A DNA stretch of 62,480 bases, counting the filler. It is 3 parts of 3 records of this genome, joined end to end, with 100 filler letters (N's around TTAATTAATTAA, not from the genome) between each part and the next. Parts side by side here need not be neighbours in the genome. Positions count along the whole stretch, not along the records: positions 1 to 27,653 come from DRR378314_126; positions 27,754 to 41,925 come from DRR378314_127; 1 more part is not named here. One strand, given 5' to 3'. This document shows, in pieces, positions 26,242 to 36,424 of this stretch. Every line of letters starts with the position of its first letter. Position 1 is the first letter of the stretch. Both the position numbers and the translations under genes were made by a program. The notes under the pieces are model-generated. The model did no database searches, was not told where the DNA came from, and worked only from the letters and a program-made list of their open reading frames with translations.

Positions 26242-26864
26242 TTGGTGCCGAAGATCTTGTCGCCGGCGTCGCCCAGGCCGGGGACGATGTAGCCGTCGTC
26301 GTTGAGGCCCTTGTCCACGGACGCGGTGTAGAGCGTCACGTCCGGGTGCGCCTCGTGGACGCGGCGGATGCCCTCCGGCGCCGCCACCAGCACCAGGGCG
26401 CGGATCTGGCTGCAGCCGGCCTTCTTGAGCATGTCGATGGTGGCGACCATGGAGCCGCCGGTGGCCAGCATCGGGTCGATCACCAGCGCCAGGCGCTCCT
26501 CCAGGCCGTGGGCCAACTTCTCGAAATAGGCCACCGGCTCCAGGGTCTCCTCGTTGCGGTAGAGCCCCACCACGCTGACCTTGGCGCTGGGAATCAGCTC
26601 CAGCACGCCGTCCAGCATGCCGATGCCGGCGCGCAGAATCGGCACCACGGTCACTTTCTTGCCCTTGATGCGCTGCGCCGGCACCGGCCCCATCCAGGTG
26701 TCCACCTGGTAATCCTCCAGCAACAGGTCGCTGGTGGCTTCGTAGGTCAACAGGCTGGCCACTTCCGCGGTGAGCTGGCGGAAGCTGCGGGTGCTCAGCG
26801 AACGCTGCCGCAGCAGCCCCAGCTTGTGCTTGACCAGGGGATGGGCAATTTCATGTACATGCAT
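26238..26864 (-). CDS. upp: Uracil phosphoribosyltransferase
   Basis: [25 protein letters not shown] and [18 protein letters not shown] motifs; 208 aa from ATG 26864. Confidence 0.97.
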   Translation of the reverse strand: MHVHEIAHPLVKHKLGLLRQRSLSTRSFRQLTAEVASLLTYEATSDLLLEDYQVDTWMGPVPAQRIKGKKVTVVPILRAGIGMLDGVLELIPSAKVSVVGLYRNEETLEPVAYFEKLAHGLEERLALVIDPMLATGGSMVATIDMLKKAGCSQIRALVLVAAPEGIRRVHEAHPDVTLYTASVDKGLNDDGYIVPGLGDAGDKIFGTK

Positions 26865-26968
26865 GGTGTCGGGCTCCTCATACAGACGCGGGGCGATTGT
26901 ACCCGCCACGCCGCCGGGAGGCACCGTCCGCTACGACTTTCGGCGATTAGCCAGGCGGGGCGCGCGGT

Positions 26969-26977
26969 TGCTATAAT
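26969..26977 (+). promoter_or_regulatory. Extended -10 promoter element for ppa
   Basis: TGCTATAAT (TGnTATAAT) about 70 bp upstream of the ppa ATG. Confidence 0.6.
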
Positions 26978-27044
26978 CCGCGCCCGTTCATACAGGGCAC
27001 CGCCACGGTCCCTGCCCGATGACCAATCGCTTAAAGGACAGACC

Positions 27045-27575
27045 ATGGATTTTACACAGGTACCCGCCGGGAAAGACGTTCCCGAAGATATCTACGTCGC
27101 CATTGAGATCCCGGCCAACGCCGACCCGATCAAATACGAGATCGACAAGGACAGCAACGCTATCTTCGTCGACCGTTTCATGGCCACGCCCATGTTCTAT
27201 CCGGCCAACTACGGGTACATCCCCAACACTCTGTCCGAAGACGGCGATCCGCTGGACGTGCTGGTGGTCACCCCCTACCCGGTGGTGCCCGGCTCCGTGA
27301 TCCGCTGCCGCCCGGTGGGCGTTCTGAACATGACCGACGAAGCCGGCAAGGACGCCAAGCTGGTGGCGGTGCCCCACACCAAGCTCACCAAGCTCTATGA
27401 CGACGTCAAGGAAGTCACCGACCTGCCCGAGCTGCTGCTGGCGCAGATCAAGCACTTCTTCGAGCACTACAAAGAGCTGGAAGCCGGCAAATGGGTGAAA
27501 GTGGACGGCTGGGCCGACGCCGCCGCCGCCAAAGAGGAAATCCTCAAGTCCGTCGCGGCCTTCGAAAAGAAATAA
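27045..27575 (+). CDS. ppa: Inorganic pyrophosphatase (family I)
   Basis: IKYEIDK, YPANYGY, DGDPLDV and [10 protein letters not shown] motifs. Confidence 0.97.
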   Translation: MDFTQVPAGKDVPEDIYVAIEIPANADPIKYEIDKDSNAIFVDRFMATPMFYPANYGYIPNTLSEDGDPLDVLVVTPYPVVPGSVIRCRPVGVLNMTDEAGKDAKLVAVPHTKLTKLYDDVKEVTDLPELLLAQIKHFFEHYKELEAGKWVKVDGWADAAAAKEEILKSVAAFEKK

Positions 27576-27594
27576 CACCTGTTCGAACCCGCTT

Positions 27595-27653
27595 GTGGGA
27601 GCGGGCTGTGGGAGCGGGCCCCACCCGCGAAAGGGTGGCGCCAGCCACCCGGC
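27595..27653 (+). repeat. REP elements at the contig end
   Basis: GTGGGAGCGGGC-T-GTGGGAGCGGGCCCCACCCGCGAAAGGGTGGCGCCAGCCACCC, the same family as 24849-24967. A plausible cause of the assembly break. Confidence 0.8.
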
Positions 27654-27753
27654 NNNNNNNNNNNNNNNNNNNNNNNNNNNNNNNNNNNNNNNNNNNNTTA
27701 ATTAATTAANNNNNNNNNNNNNNNNNNNNNNNNNNNNNNNNNNNNNNNNNNNN
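27654..27753. other. Artificial contig spacer
   Basis: 44 N + TTAATTAATTAA (stops in all frames) + 44 N. Confidence 0.99.
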
Positions 27754-27754
27754 G

Positions 27755-30700
27755 CTGATGTGTCTGGCCGAGGCGCTGTTGCGCGTACCCGATGCCGATA
27801 CGATCGACGCGCTGATCGAAGACAAGATCGCCCCCTCCGATTGGGGCCGCCACATGGGGCACTCCACCTCGTCACTGGTCAATGCCTCCACCTGGGCCTT
27901 GATGCTGACCGGCCGTGTGCTGGATGATGAACAGCCCGGTCCGGTACGCCATCTGCGCGCCGCCATCAAACGTCTGGGCGAACCCGTGATCCGCACCGCC
28001 GTTTCCCGCGCGATGAAGGAAATGGGCCGCCAGTTCGTGCTGGGTGAAGATATTGACGCCGCGATGAAACGCGCCGCAGGCATGGAGAAAAAGGGCTTCA
28101 CCTACAGCTACGACATGCTGGGCGAAGCGGCCCGCACCGAAGCCGATGCCAAACGCTATCACCTCAGCTATTCGCGGGCGATCAGCGCCATTGCCACCGC
28201 CTGTACCGACAGCGATATCCGCAAGAACCCCGGTATCTCTGTCAAACTCTCCGCCCTGCATCCGCGCTATGAGGTCTCGCAGGAAGATGCGGTGATGACC
28301 GATCTGGTGCCGCGTCTGCGCGCCCTCTGTCTGTTGGCGAAATCGGCTGGCATGGGCCTGAACGTCGATGCGGAAGAGGCTGACCGCCTTGGTCTCTCGC
28401 TTGAGGTAATCGACCGGGTGATGAGTGAACCCGCGCTGGCCGGTTGGGACGGGTTCGGCATTGTGGTGCAGGCCTTTGGTCCCCGTGCCGCCACTGTGAT
28501 TGACGCACTCTATGATATTGCGGAACGCCATGACCGCAAGATCATGGTCCGTCTGGTGAAAGGTGCCTATTGGGACACAGAAATCAAACGCGCACAGGTC
28601 GAAGGCATCGATGGCTTTCCGGTCTTTACCCAAAAGGCCGCCACTGACGTCAGCTATATCTCCAACGCCCGCAAGCTCTTGGGCATGACCGACCGGATTT
28701 ATCCGCAATTCGCCACCCATAACGCCCATACGGTTGCTGCGGTCCTGCACATGGGGGCGGATCAAAAGGACGCTTTTGAATTCCAGCGCCTGCATGGCAT
28801 GGGCGAAACCCTTCATACAATCGTGATGAAGGATCACGGGTCGCGCTGCCGCATCTATGCCCCTGTGGGCGCACATAAGGATCTGCTGGCTTACCTCGTG
28901 CGCCGCCTGCTTGAAAACGGCGCGAACTCCAGCTTTGTGAACCAGATCGTGGATGAGGACGTCCCGCCAGAGGTTGTCGCGGCAGACCCCTTTGAGCAAT
29001 TGGGCCTGCCCACCAACCTGATCATTGCCAAAGGGCCAGAAATTTTCGCGCCCCTGCGTGGCAATGCCCGTGGGTTCGATTTGACCCATACCCAGACGCT
29101 GGATGAAATCGCACAGGCCCGCGCCCCCTTCCTCGACAAGACATGGCAGGCTGCCCCGCTGCTCGCAGGCAAGACGGCACCACAGGCTGCCACGCCAGTC
29201 ACCAACCCCGCTGACCCTGACGCCTCTCCCGGTACGGTGCGCAATGCCTCGCCTGCAGATGTGGCCACCGCCCTAGACAAGGCCAAACCTTGGACCGCCC
29301 CCCTGTCAGAACGGCGCAACATCTTGCTGAAAGCAGCGGATCTGATCGAGGATCATTTCGGCGAGATCTTTGCCCTGCTGACCCGCGAGGCTGGAAAAGG
29401 CTTGCCCGATTGTGTCGCTGAACTGCGCGAAGGCGTTGATTTCCTGCGCTATTATGCAGGTCAGGCCACGGGTGAACCACCCGCGGGCATCTTCACCTGC
29501 ATCAGCCCGTGGAACTTCCCCATGGCGATTTTTGTCGGGCAAATCTCTGCCGCTTTGGCTGCAGGAAATGCGGTTCTGGCGAAACCGGCAGAGCAAACAC
29601 CCTTGGTCGCCCATGTCACCGTCTCACTCCTGCATCAGGCTGGTGTGCCAAAAACCGCCCTGCAGCTCTTGCCCGGTGGTGGCGACATCGGTGCCGCGCT
29701 GACCGGCGACAAACGCATCAACGGCGTGGCCTTCACCGGCTCCACTGCGACGGCCCAGCGCATCCGCGCCAATATGGCCACCCATTGCGCCCCCGGCACC
29801 CCGTTGATTGCCGAAACCGGCGGGCTGAACGCGATGATTGTCGACAGTACCGCTCTGCCCGAACAGGCCGTGCAAGCAATTGTTGAATCCGCGTTCCAGT
29901 CGGCGGGCCAACGCTGTTCCGCGCTGCGCTGTCTCTATGTGCAGGAAGACATCGCCGAGGATCTGATCAAAATGCTGATCGGCGCGATGCAAGCCTTGAA
30001 AATGGGCGATCCTTGGGACCTTAGCACCGATGTCGGCCCGGTGATCGACGAGCTTGCCCGCAAGGGCATCCTTGATCACGTGGAAACCGCCCGTGCCGAG
30101 GGGCGTCTGGTTGCTGAACTCGATGCTCCCGCTACTGGCACATTTGTCGCCCCCACCATCCTGCGGGTGAGCGGCATTGGCGATCTGAAGCGCGAGATTT
30201 TCGGCCCCATCCTGCATATCGCAACCTTCAAATCGCAGGAGCTTGACGCGGTGATCGACGCGATCAACGCCACCGGTTACGGGCTGACTTTCGGGCTGCA
30301 CACCCGCATCGACGACCGTGTGCAATATGTCTCTGAACGGATTGAAGCGGGTAATATCTACATCAACCGCAACCAGATCGGTGCAATTGTCGGCAGCCAG
30401 CCCTTTGGTGGCGAAGGCCTGTCCGGCACCGGCCCCAAGGCGGGCGGCCCGAACTATCTGCCCCGTTTTGGTGCGCCTGATGTGCAACAGGTCGCCGGGA
30501 CATGGGACAAGGCGCAAACCAGCCTGCCCGCCCTGCCCGCACATGCACCGGCAGCCCCCATCGAAACCCTGTCAATGCCGGGGCCAACAGGGGAATCCAA
30601 CCGGCTCAGCACCCTGCCCCGCGCGCCCCTGCTGTGCATGGGACCGGGGGCTGAGGCAACCGCCGCACAGGCCCGCGCGGTCGAGGCGCTTGGCGGTGTC

Positions 30701-30949
30701 GCCCTGCGGGCCACCGGAGAGATTGCCCCCGACCTGCTGGCCACCGGCCCTGACTATGGCGGCATTCTGTGGTGGGGAGATGCCGAAACCGGGCGTCAGA
30801 TCGAACAGGCTCTGGCCAAACGCAGCGGCCCGATCCTGCCGCTGATCCCCGGCCTGCCCGATCCCGCACGGGTTCGTGCGGAACGTCATGTCTGCGTTGA
30901 TACCACCGCTTCCGGCGGCAATGCTGCCCTGCTGGGGGCCGCCAGCTGA
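27755..30949 (+). CDS. putA: Bifunctional proline dehydrogenase / P5C dehydrogenase (5' truncated)
   Basis: SYDMLGE, SVKLSALHPRY, RLVKGAYWD, FATHNAH, YLVRRLLENGANSSF, ISPWNFP, ETGG, SAGQRCS and QPFGGEGLSGTGPKAGG motifs. Confidence 0.97.
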   Translation: MMCLAEALLRVPDADTIDALIEDKIAPSDWGRHMGHSTSSLVNASTWALMLTGRVLDDEQPGPVRHLRAAIKRLGEPVIRTAVSRAMKEMGRQFVLGEDIDAAMKRAAGMEKKGFTYSYDMLGEAARTEADAKRYHLSYSRAISAIATACTDSDIRKNPGISVKLSALHPRYEVSQEDAVMTDLVPRLRALCLLAKSAGMGLNVDAEEADRLGLSLEVIDRVMSEPALAGWDGFGIVVQAFGPRAATVIDALYDIAERHDRKIMVRLVKGAYWDTEIKRAQVEGIDGFPVFTQKAATDVSYISNARKLLGMTDRIYPQFATHNAHTVAAVLHMGADQKDAFEFQRLHGMGETLHTIVMKDHGSRCRIYAPVGAHKDLLAYLVRRLLENGANSSFVNQIVDEDVPPEVVAADPFEQLGLPTNLIIAKGPEIFAPLRGNARGFDLTHTQTLDEIAQARAPFLDKTWQAAPLLAGKTAPQAATPVTNPADPDASPGTVRNASPADVATALDKAKPWTAPLSERRNILLKAADLIEDHFGEIFALLTREAGKGLPDCVAELREGVDFLRYYAGQATGEPPAGIFTCISPWNFPMAIFVGQISAALAAGNAVLAKPAEQTPLVAHVTVSLLHQAGVPKTALQLLPGGGDIGAALTGDKRINGVAFTGSTATAQRIRANMATHCAPGTPLIAETGGLNAMIVDSTALPEQAVQAIVESAFQSAGQRCSALRCLYVQEDIAEDLIKMLIGAMQALKMGDPWDLSTDVGPVIDELARKGILDHVETARAEGRLVAELDAPATGTFVAPTILRVSGIGDLKREIFGPILHIATFKSQELDAVIDAINATGYGLTFGLHTRIDDRVQYVSERIEAGNIYINRNQIGAIVGSQPFGGEGLSGTGPKAGGPNYLPRFGAPDVQQVAGTWDKAQTSLPALPAHAPAAPIETLSMPGPTGESNRLSTLPRAPLLCMGPGAEATAAQARAVEALGGVALRATGEIAPDLLATGPDYGGILWWGDAETGRQIEQALAKRSGPILPLIPGLPDPARVRAERHVCVDTTASGGNAALLGAAS

Positions 30950-31015
30950 CACCTATCGCCATTTTGACGGGCGCGGCCACTTGACCCCGCCCGTCCATTC
31001 GCCCAGCTTGGCCCA

Positions 31016-31762
31016 ATGTTTCCCATTCGCGATCATAACCCGTCAGGCGGCGTGCCCTATGTCACCTATGTGCTGATGGCGCTGAACATCGGCATCTTCC
31101 TGACCTATGTGCCTATCCTCAACGACGACCGCGCCCTCTATGCGCTGTACAACGCCTACGCGCTTGTCCCGGCGCGGGTCAGTGACGGCTATGGGTTCTC
31201 GGGGCTGTTTACCTCCCAATTCCTGCATGGCGGCTGGATGCATCTGGCCGGTAACATGCTGTTTTTATGGATCTACGGCGATAACATCGAAGAAGAGATG
31301 GGGCATTTCGCCTATCTGGCCTTCTACCTTGCCGCAGGTGTTGCTGCCGGGCTGACACAAGTTGCCTTCGAACCTTCCTCGGCTGTGCCGATGGTCGGGG
31401 CCTCTGGTGCGATTGCGGGCGTCATGGGGGCCTACCTTCTGCTGTTCCCCAAGGCCAAGGTGGACATCCTGATCATCTTTGTGGTGTTTTTCCGCATCTT
31501 CCCGATCCCGGCCTGGATCATTCTGATCCTCTGGTTCGGGATGCAGTTTATTGGCGGGATTGGCGCTGATCCCAACACCGGCGGCACCGCCTTCTGGGCC
31601 CATGCGGGCGGTTTCGTGGCCGGCATCCTTGGTGCGCTGCCAGTCTGGCTGAAACGCGGGGCCGTGGCCTACTGGAACCGCACCGACGGCCATCCGCCCC
31701 ACCCCGAAGCAAAATACCCCCAGATCAACAACAGCCGTATTCCAAAGGTAAGACGCCGATGA
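31016..31762 (+). CDS. Rhomboid-family intramembrane serine protease
   Basis: FLHGGWMHLAGNM, GASGA (catalytic Ser) and AHAGG (catalytic His) motifs. Confidence 0.93.
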   Translation: MFPIRDHNPSGGVPYVTYVLMALNIGIFLTYVPILNDDRALYALYNAYALVPARVSDGYGFSGLFTSQFLHGGWMHLAGNMLFLWIYGDNIEEEMGHFAYLAFYLAAGVAAGLTQVAFEPSSAVPMVGASGAIAGVMGAYLLLFPKAKVDILIIFVVFFRIFPIPAWIILILWFGMQFIGGIGADPNTGGTAFWAHAGGFVAGILGALPVWLKRGAVAYWNRTDGHPPHPEAKYPQINNSRIPKVRRR

Positions 31763-32133
31763 CTGAACCCTGCGATATCAAGGCAAGCTGCCATTGTGGC
31801 GCTGTCACACTCACTGCAACCCTACCTTTCGGATTTTCAGACATCGGGCGCTGCAATTGTTCCTTCTGTGCGCGCCGACAGGCCGCTGCCGTGACCGCAA
31901 CAGCAGCTTCTGTTGTCGTCACGCATGGCGCGGACAACCTGTCGCTCTACAGCTGGGGCACCCATACGGCGCAGCATTATTTCTGCAAAACCTGCGGGAT
32001 CTATACCCACCACAAACGCCGCGCCGACCCCACGCAATGCGGCATCAACCTTGGCTGTATCGAAGGTGCAAACCCTTGGGATTTCGACCCAATCCGATGG
32101 AGCGATGGGCAGAACCACCCCTCCGACCAGTAA
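31759..32133 (+). CDS. GFA/CENP-V family zinc protein
   Basis: CHCGAV, CNCSFC and HYFCKTCGIY motifs. Confidence 0.9.
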   Translation: MTEPCDIKASCHCGAVTLTATLPFGFSDIGRCNCSFCARRQAAAVTATAASVVVTHGADNLSLYSWGTHTAQHYFCKTCGIYTHHKRRADPTQCGINLGCIEGANPWDFDPIRWSDGQNHPSDQ

Positions 32134-32240
32134 TCTCATAGCAGTTCACAAAAAACGTCAAACACCCGCCGCCGCCTGAAATCAGAGGTTCCAACGCGTT
32201 GCCTGATGCTCTGTGTGTTTCAGGTTTTCGTAGAAGTGAT

Positions 32241-33026
32241 TTAGCCGCGCACAGCCTTGGCAAAACCCGAGAAAATCGGCTCGTTGGCACAGATGATCTG
32301 GCCATGGCCGATAATATCGCGCCCCTCATCCAAAGGCTCAACCAGCCCGCCAGCCTCGCGCACGATCAGCGATCCTGCCGCCACATCCCATGCGTTCAGG
32401 CGCCGCTCCCAAAAACCATCGTATCGCCCTGCGGCAACATAGGCCAAATCAAGCGATGCCGCGCCCCAGCGGCGCACACCCGCACAGACCGGCATCAAAC
32501 GTGCCAGTTCCTGCAAAGTCTGCGGCAGATCCGACCGGCCACCAAACGGCAGACCGGTGGCAAAAATACTCTCGATCATGCGATGACGGCCAGAGGCACG
32601 AATGCGGCTTTCGTTCATCCAAGCGCCGGCACCTTTTTCAGCAAAGAACATCTCGTCCTTGGTCGGGTCAAACACCACGCCCGCTACGATCTGGCCCTTA
32701 TGTTCCAGCGCAATCGACACCGCCCAATGCGGCAAACCATGCAAGAAGTTTGTAGTGCCATCCAACGGATCGACAATCCAGCGACGAGTCGGATCAACAC
32801 CTTCTTCCTCGCCACCCTCTTCAGCCAGCCAGCCATAGGTCGGGCGGGCGTTCATCAATTCGCTTTTGATGATCTGTTCGGCAGCGATATCGGCCTTGGA
32901 GACAAAGTCACCGGCACCTTTCACAGAAACCTGCAATTGCTCGACCTCGCGGAAATCCTTGGTCAGGGCACGCCCCGCCTTACGGGCCGCTTTGATCATG
33001 ATGTTGAGATTCGCACTGCCAACCAT
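32241..33026 (-). CDS. suhB: Inositol monophosphatase family protein SuhB
   Basis: SANLNIMIKAARKAGR, WIVDPLDGTTNFLHG, RRWGAASLDLAYVAAGR and WDVAAG motifs. Confidence 0.92.
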   Translation of the reverse strand: MVGSANLNIMIKAARKAGRALTKDFREVEQLQVSVKGAGDFVSKADIAAEQIIKSELMNARPTYGWLAEEGGEEEGVDPTRRWIVDPLDGTTNFLHGLPHWAVSIALEHKGQIVAGVVFDPTKDEMFFAEKGAGAWMNESRIRASGRHRMIESIFATGLPFGGRSDLPQTLQELARLMPVCAGVRRWGAASLDLAYVAAGRYDGFWERRLNAWDVAAGSLIVREAGGLVEPLDEGRDIIGHGQIICANEPIFSGFAKAVRG

Positions 33027-33259
33027 TGAGAAACGCCTTTTTTCCGCGATAAGATGCACCCTTTAGGCTGATGGGGCCGGTTTGCCAAGGGTGGGCGACC
33101 GCTCTGACATATGATTCTGATGTCACCAGCGCGACACTGCACAACTTTCCCGGTTGTTTCACCCTGCAAACCGCATCGCTACGTCATCTTTCTTGTCTCT
33201 TGCCATTCACGCCCAGCACGTCACGGTAGCGTCAAAGTGATCCATTTCAGGAGAAAACC

Positions 33260-34300
33260 ATGAGCACTCAAATGCAAGAAATCGTCCTCGCCAGCCGGCC
33301 CGACGGTGCCCCGACACCAGAGAATTTCCGCCTTGAAACCTCTGATCTGCCAACGCCGGGCGAAGGTGAAGTTCTGGTGCAGGTGCAATATATGTCGCTC
33401 GATCCGTACATGCGCGGCCGCATGGATGACGCAAAATCCTATGCCGCCCCGGTTCCGATTGGCGGCAAAATGGAAGGCGGCAGCGCGGGCAAGGTGATTG
33501 CATCAAATTCTCCACATTTTAACGAAGGTGATTTGGTCTTTGGCCCCTTCGGCTGGGCCACACATGCGGTTGCGGATGCAAAGATGTGCCGCAAGCTGGA
33601 CCCGGACCAGGCACCGATCACCACCTCACTGGGGGTGCTGGGCATGCCCGGGCTGACCGGCTGGCACGGGCTGATGGCCTATGGCAAACCCAAGGCGGGG
33701 GAAACATTGGTGGTTGCGGCCGCCACCGGACCTGTGGGATCCATGGTTGGGCAGCTTGCCAAATCGCTGGGCCTGCGGGTTGTGGGCATCGCGGGTGGTG
33801 CGGATAAATGCAAGACTGCGGTGGATCACTTCGGCTTTGATGCCTGTATCGACCACCGTGCCCATGCGGATGCCAAATCCCTGAAGGACGCGATAAAGGC
33901 TGAATGCCCCAAAGGCATCGACATCTATTTCGAAAACGTCGGTGGCAAGGTGCTTGAGGCGGTGATCCCGCTGATGAATCCCTTTGGCCGCATCCCCATC
34001 TGCGGCATGATCGCATGGTATAATGCCGGTGGTCTTGGTGAAAACGCCGGTGGGGCGGGCCTAACTGCGCCCAAACTCTGGCGCACAATTCTGGTGAATT
34101 TCCTCAGCGTGAACGGGTTTATCATTTCCAACCACTGGGACCGTTTCCCTGAATTCATCCGCGAAGTGGCTCCAAAGGTCGCCAGTGGAGAGATCGCCGT
34201 GCAGGAAGACATCACCGAAGGTCTGGAAAACGCGCCGCAGGCTTTCATCAACCTGTTGACAGGTGGCAATACCGGCAAGGCAATTGTGAAAGTTTCATAA
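33260..34300 (+). CDS. NADP-dependent oxidoreductase (MDR, prostaglandin reductase/CurA-like)
   Basis: YMSLDPYMRGRM, LGVLGMPG, AATGPVG, DIYFENVGG and GNTGK motifs. Confidence 0.9.
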   Translation: MSTQMQEIVLASRPDGAPTPENFRLETSDLPTPGEGEVLVQVQYMSLDPYMRGRMDDAKSYAAPVPIGGKMEGGSAGKVIASNSPHFNEGDLVFGPFGWATHAVADAKMCRKLDPDQAPITTSLGVLGMPGLTGWHGLMAYGKPKAGETLVVAAATGPVGSMVGQLAKSLGLRVVGIAGGADKCKTAVDHFGFDACIDHRAHADAKSLKDAIKAECPKGIDIYFENVGGKVLEAVIPLMNPFGRIPICGMIAWYNAGGLGENAGGAGLTAPKLWRTILVNFLSVNGFIISNHWDRFPEFIREVAPKVASGEIAVQEDITEGLENAPQAFINLLTGGNTGKAIVKVS

Positions 34301-34309
34301 GTCTTGCAC

Positions 34310-34332
34310 GGGCGGGGTAAACCCCGCCCTAC
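34310..34332 (-). repeat. GTAG-type REP / terminator hairpin
   Basis: Reverse complement reads GTAGGGCGGGGTTTACCCCGCCC: GTAG followed by a palindrome, just after the oxidoreductase stop. Confidence 0.6.
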
Positions 34333-34492
34333 CGCAGGCTGCTAATGTGACCTATACCGCGAATGTTATTTTTGCAGGAACCGTTGCTCTTGAGTTTAAG
34401 GGCAAGATGAAGCGCAGGGTCGCGCTTTCACTTTGCCTGTAAACTCAATTCAGGTGTTGCCACCCCCACGACGCCTGCCTTGGCGCGCGCCA

Positions 34493-35398
34493 TCACACCG
34501 CCTGTAACTTGCGCGCCTCTTCCCCGGCCAGTTGCAGCAGTTGATCCATGAACGGCTTGCCCAGATCATCATTGCGCACCGCTGCATAGAGCCGCCGCGT
34601 CACGCCGTTTTCGGTCAGCGGGCGGGTCACATAGTCTGACGAATATTTCACCTCGCGCACCACCCAATCAGGCAGCACCGACACCCCCCGGTTGGAGGCC
34701 ACCAGCAGCAGGATCACCGCCGTCAACTCGACCTGCCGGATGGCGGCGGGCTCTACCTTGGCAGGGATCAAAAGCTGGCTGAATACATCCAGACGGGAGC
34801 GTTCAACCGGATAGGTAATCAGCGTTTCCGCGCGAAAATCATCCGCTTCAACATAGGGTTTCCCGGCCAGCGGATGGGTGCTGGCCGCGACAAAAACCGC
34901 TTTATAGTCAAACAGTTCGACAAATGTGACCCCGGCAAGGTCTTCGGGATCAGAGGACACCACCAGATCAACCTCTTCGCGCAGCAATGCCGGCAATGCG
35001 TCAAAGGCCAGACCAGGGCGAATGTCCACATCAACATCCGGCCAGCTGCGGCGAAACTGCTCCAGCACCGGAAACAGCCATTCAAAACAGGCGTGGCATT
35101 CAATCGCGATATGCATCCGCCCGGTGCTGCCTGCCCGCAAACCGCTGAACTCGTCCTGCAAGGCTTGCACCTGCGGCAGCACCTGCTGTGCCAGTTTCAA
35201 CAAACGCAGCCCCGCAGGCGACAGTTTTAACGGCTTGGAGCGGCGCACAAACAGCTCGACACCGGCCTGATCCTCCAGCCCCTTCACCTGATGGCTCAGC
35301 GCAGATTGGGTGATGTTCATCTGTTCAGCGGCACGGGCCAGCCCCCCCGCCTCATGAATGGCCTGAATGGTGCGCAAATGGCGGAATTCAATGTGCAT
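34493..35398 (-). CDS. metR: LysR-family regulator MetR
   Basis: IEFRHLRT...TQSALSHQ HTH and IECHACFEWL; divergent from metF. Confidence 0.9.
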   Translation of the reverse strand: MHIEFRHLRTIQAIHEAGGLARAAEQMNITQSALSHQVKGLEDQAGVELFVRRSKPLKLSPAGLRLLKLAQQVLPQVQALQDEFSGLRAGSTGRMHIAIECHACFEWLFPVLEQFRRSWPDVDVDIRPGLAFDALPALLREEVDLVVSSDPEDLAGVTFVELFDYKAVFVAASTHPLAGKPYVEADDFRAETLITYPVERSRLDVFSQLLIPAKVEPAAIRQVELTAVILLLVASNRGVSVLPDWVVREVKYSSDYVTRPLTENGVTRRLYAAVRNDDLGKPFMDQLLQLAGEEARKLQAV

Positions 35399-35431
35399 GT
35401 GAGGCGATCCTCATATTCAAGATGAAAGTTA

Positions 35432-35444
35432 TGAATTTGTTTCA
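35432..35444. promoter_or_regulatory. MetR-binding box
   Basis: TGAA-TTTGT-TTCA equals the TGAA-N5-TTCA consensus, in the metR/metF intergenic region. Confidence 0.75.
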
Positions 35445-35493
35445 CATGCCGCACTGCGGTACAAGAGAAGTCACAGCATAAAGGACGATCCAG

Positions 35494-36360
35494 ATGACCA
35501 GCCCACGCGTTTCCTTCGAAGTTTTCCCGCCCCGCAATGTCGACGCGGGTTTTAACCTTTGGGACACTGCGCAGATGCTGGCCCCGCTGGAGCCGCGGTT
35601 TTTTTCTGTCACCTATGGCGCGGGTGGCACCACGCGGGATCTGACCCATGATTCCGCGCATGTGCTGCGCCGCACCTCCGGCCTGCCGGTTGCGGCCCAT
35701 CTGACCTGCGTTGGTGCCAGCAAGGCAGAGACGCTGGAAGTTGCGGATACTTTTGCCAAAATCGGCGTCACCGATATTGTCGCCCTGCGCGGCGATCCGC
35801 AGGATGGTGCAAAAACCTTTACCCCCCATCCCGAGGGCTTTGCCAACAGCTGTGAATTGATCGAGGCGCTGGCGGACAAGGGCACCTTCAACATCCGTGT
35901 CGGGGCCTATCCCGACAGCCACCCGGAAGCCGCAGATATGGACGCCAATGTGCAATGGCTCAAACGCAAGTTCGAGGCTGGTGCGGATGAGGCGATCACC
36001 CAGTTTTTCTTTGAGACCGACAGTTTCCTGCGGTTCCGCGATGCCTGTGCCAAGGCGGGTATCGACAAACCAATCACACCGGGCATCCTGCCGATCCTGA
36101 ACTGGAAGTCAGCCCGCAAATTTGCGACCCGTTGTGGCACCCCTGTGCCGGTATGGCTGGATGACGCGTTCGAGGCGGCGATCCGCGACGATCGCCATGA
36201 TCTGCTGGCCACAGCCCTTTGCACCGAAATGTGCGATACGCTGATCAGCGAAGGTGTTGAGGATCTGCATTTCTACACGCTGAACCGGGCGGCACTGACG
36301 CGCAAAGTCTGCCATGCAATTGGGGTCACACCGCAAAGCACAGTGCGGGACGTGGCGTAA
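35494..36360 (+). CDS. metF: 5,10-methylenetetrahydrofolate reductase
   Basis: SFEVFPP, SVTYGAGG, AHLTC, ALRGD, ITQFFF and LHFYTLN motifs. Confidence 0.96.
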   Translation: MTSPRVSFEVFPPRNVDAGFNLWDTAQMLAPLEPRFFSVTYGAGGTTRDLTHDSAHVLRRTSGLPVAAHLTCVGASKAETLEVADTFAKIGVTDIVALRGDPQDGAKTFTPHPEGFANSCELIEALADKGTFNIRVGAYPDSHPEAADMDANVQWLKRKFEAGADEAITQFFFETDSFLRFRDACAKAGIDKPITPGILPILNWKSARKFATRCGTPVPVWLDDAFEAAIRDDRHDLLATALCTEMCDTLISEGVEDLHFYTLNRAALTRKVCHAIGVTPQSTVRDVA

Positions 36361-36424
36361 CCGCTTGGCATCGGGGGGCTTTGCCCCCTAGCATCGGGTG
36401 GTGATCTTATCGGAGAAACCACCC

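Noticed and set aside
26346-27044. 409-aa ORF suggesting an extended pyrophosphatase
   Set aside because: The upstream part is antisense to upp; ppa starts at 27045 after an AAGGA RBS.
27698-27709. TTAATTAATTAA palindrome (also at 41970-41981)
   Set aside because: An artificial all-frame-stop linker inside N padding, not biological.
33180-33187. TACGTCA half-site matching the amide-regulon box
   Set aside because: Only one half-site, and it lies on the contig from a different organism.
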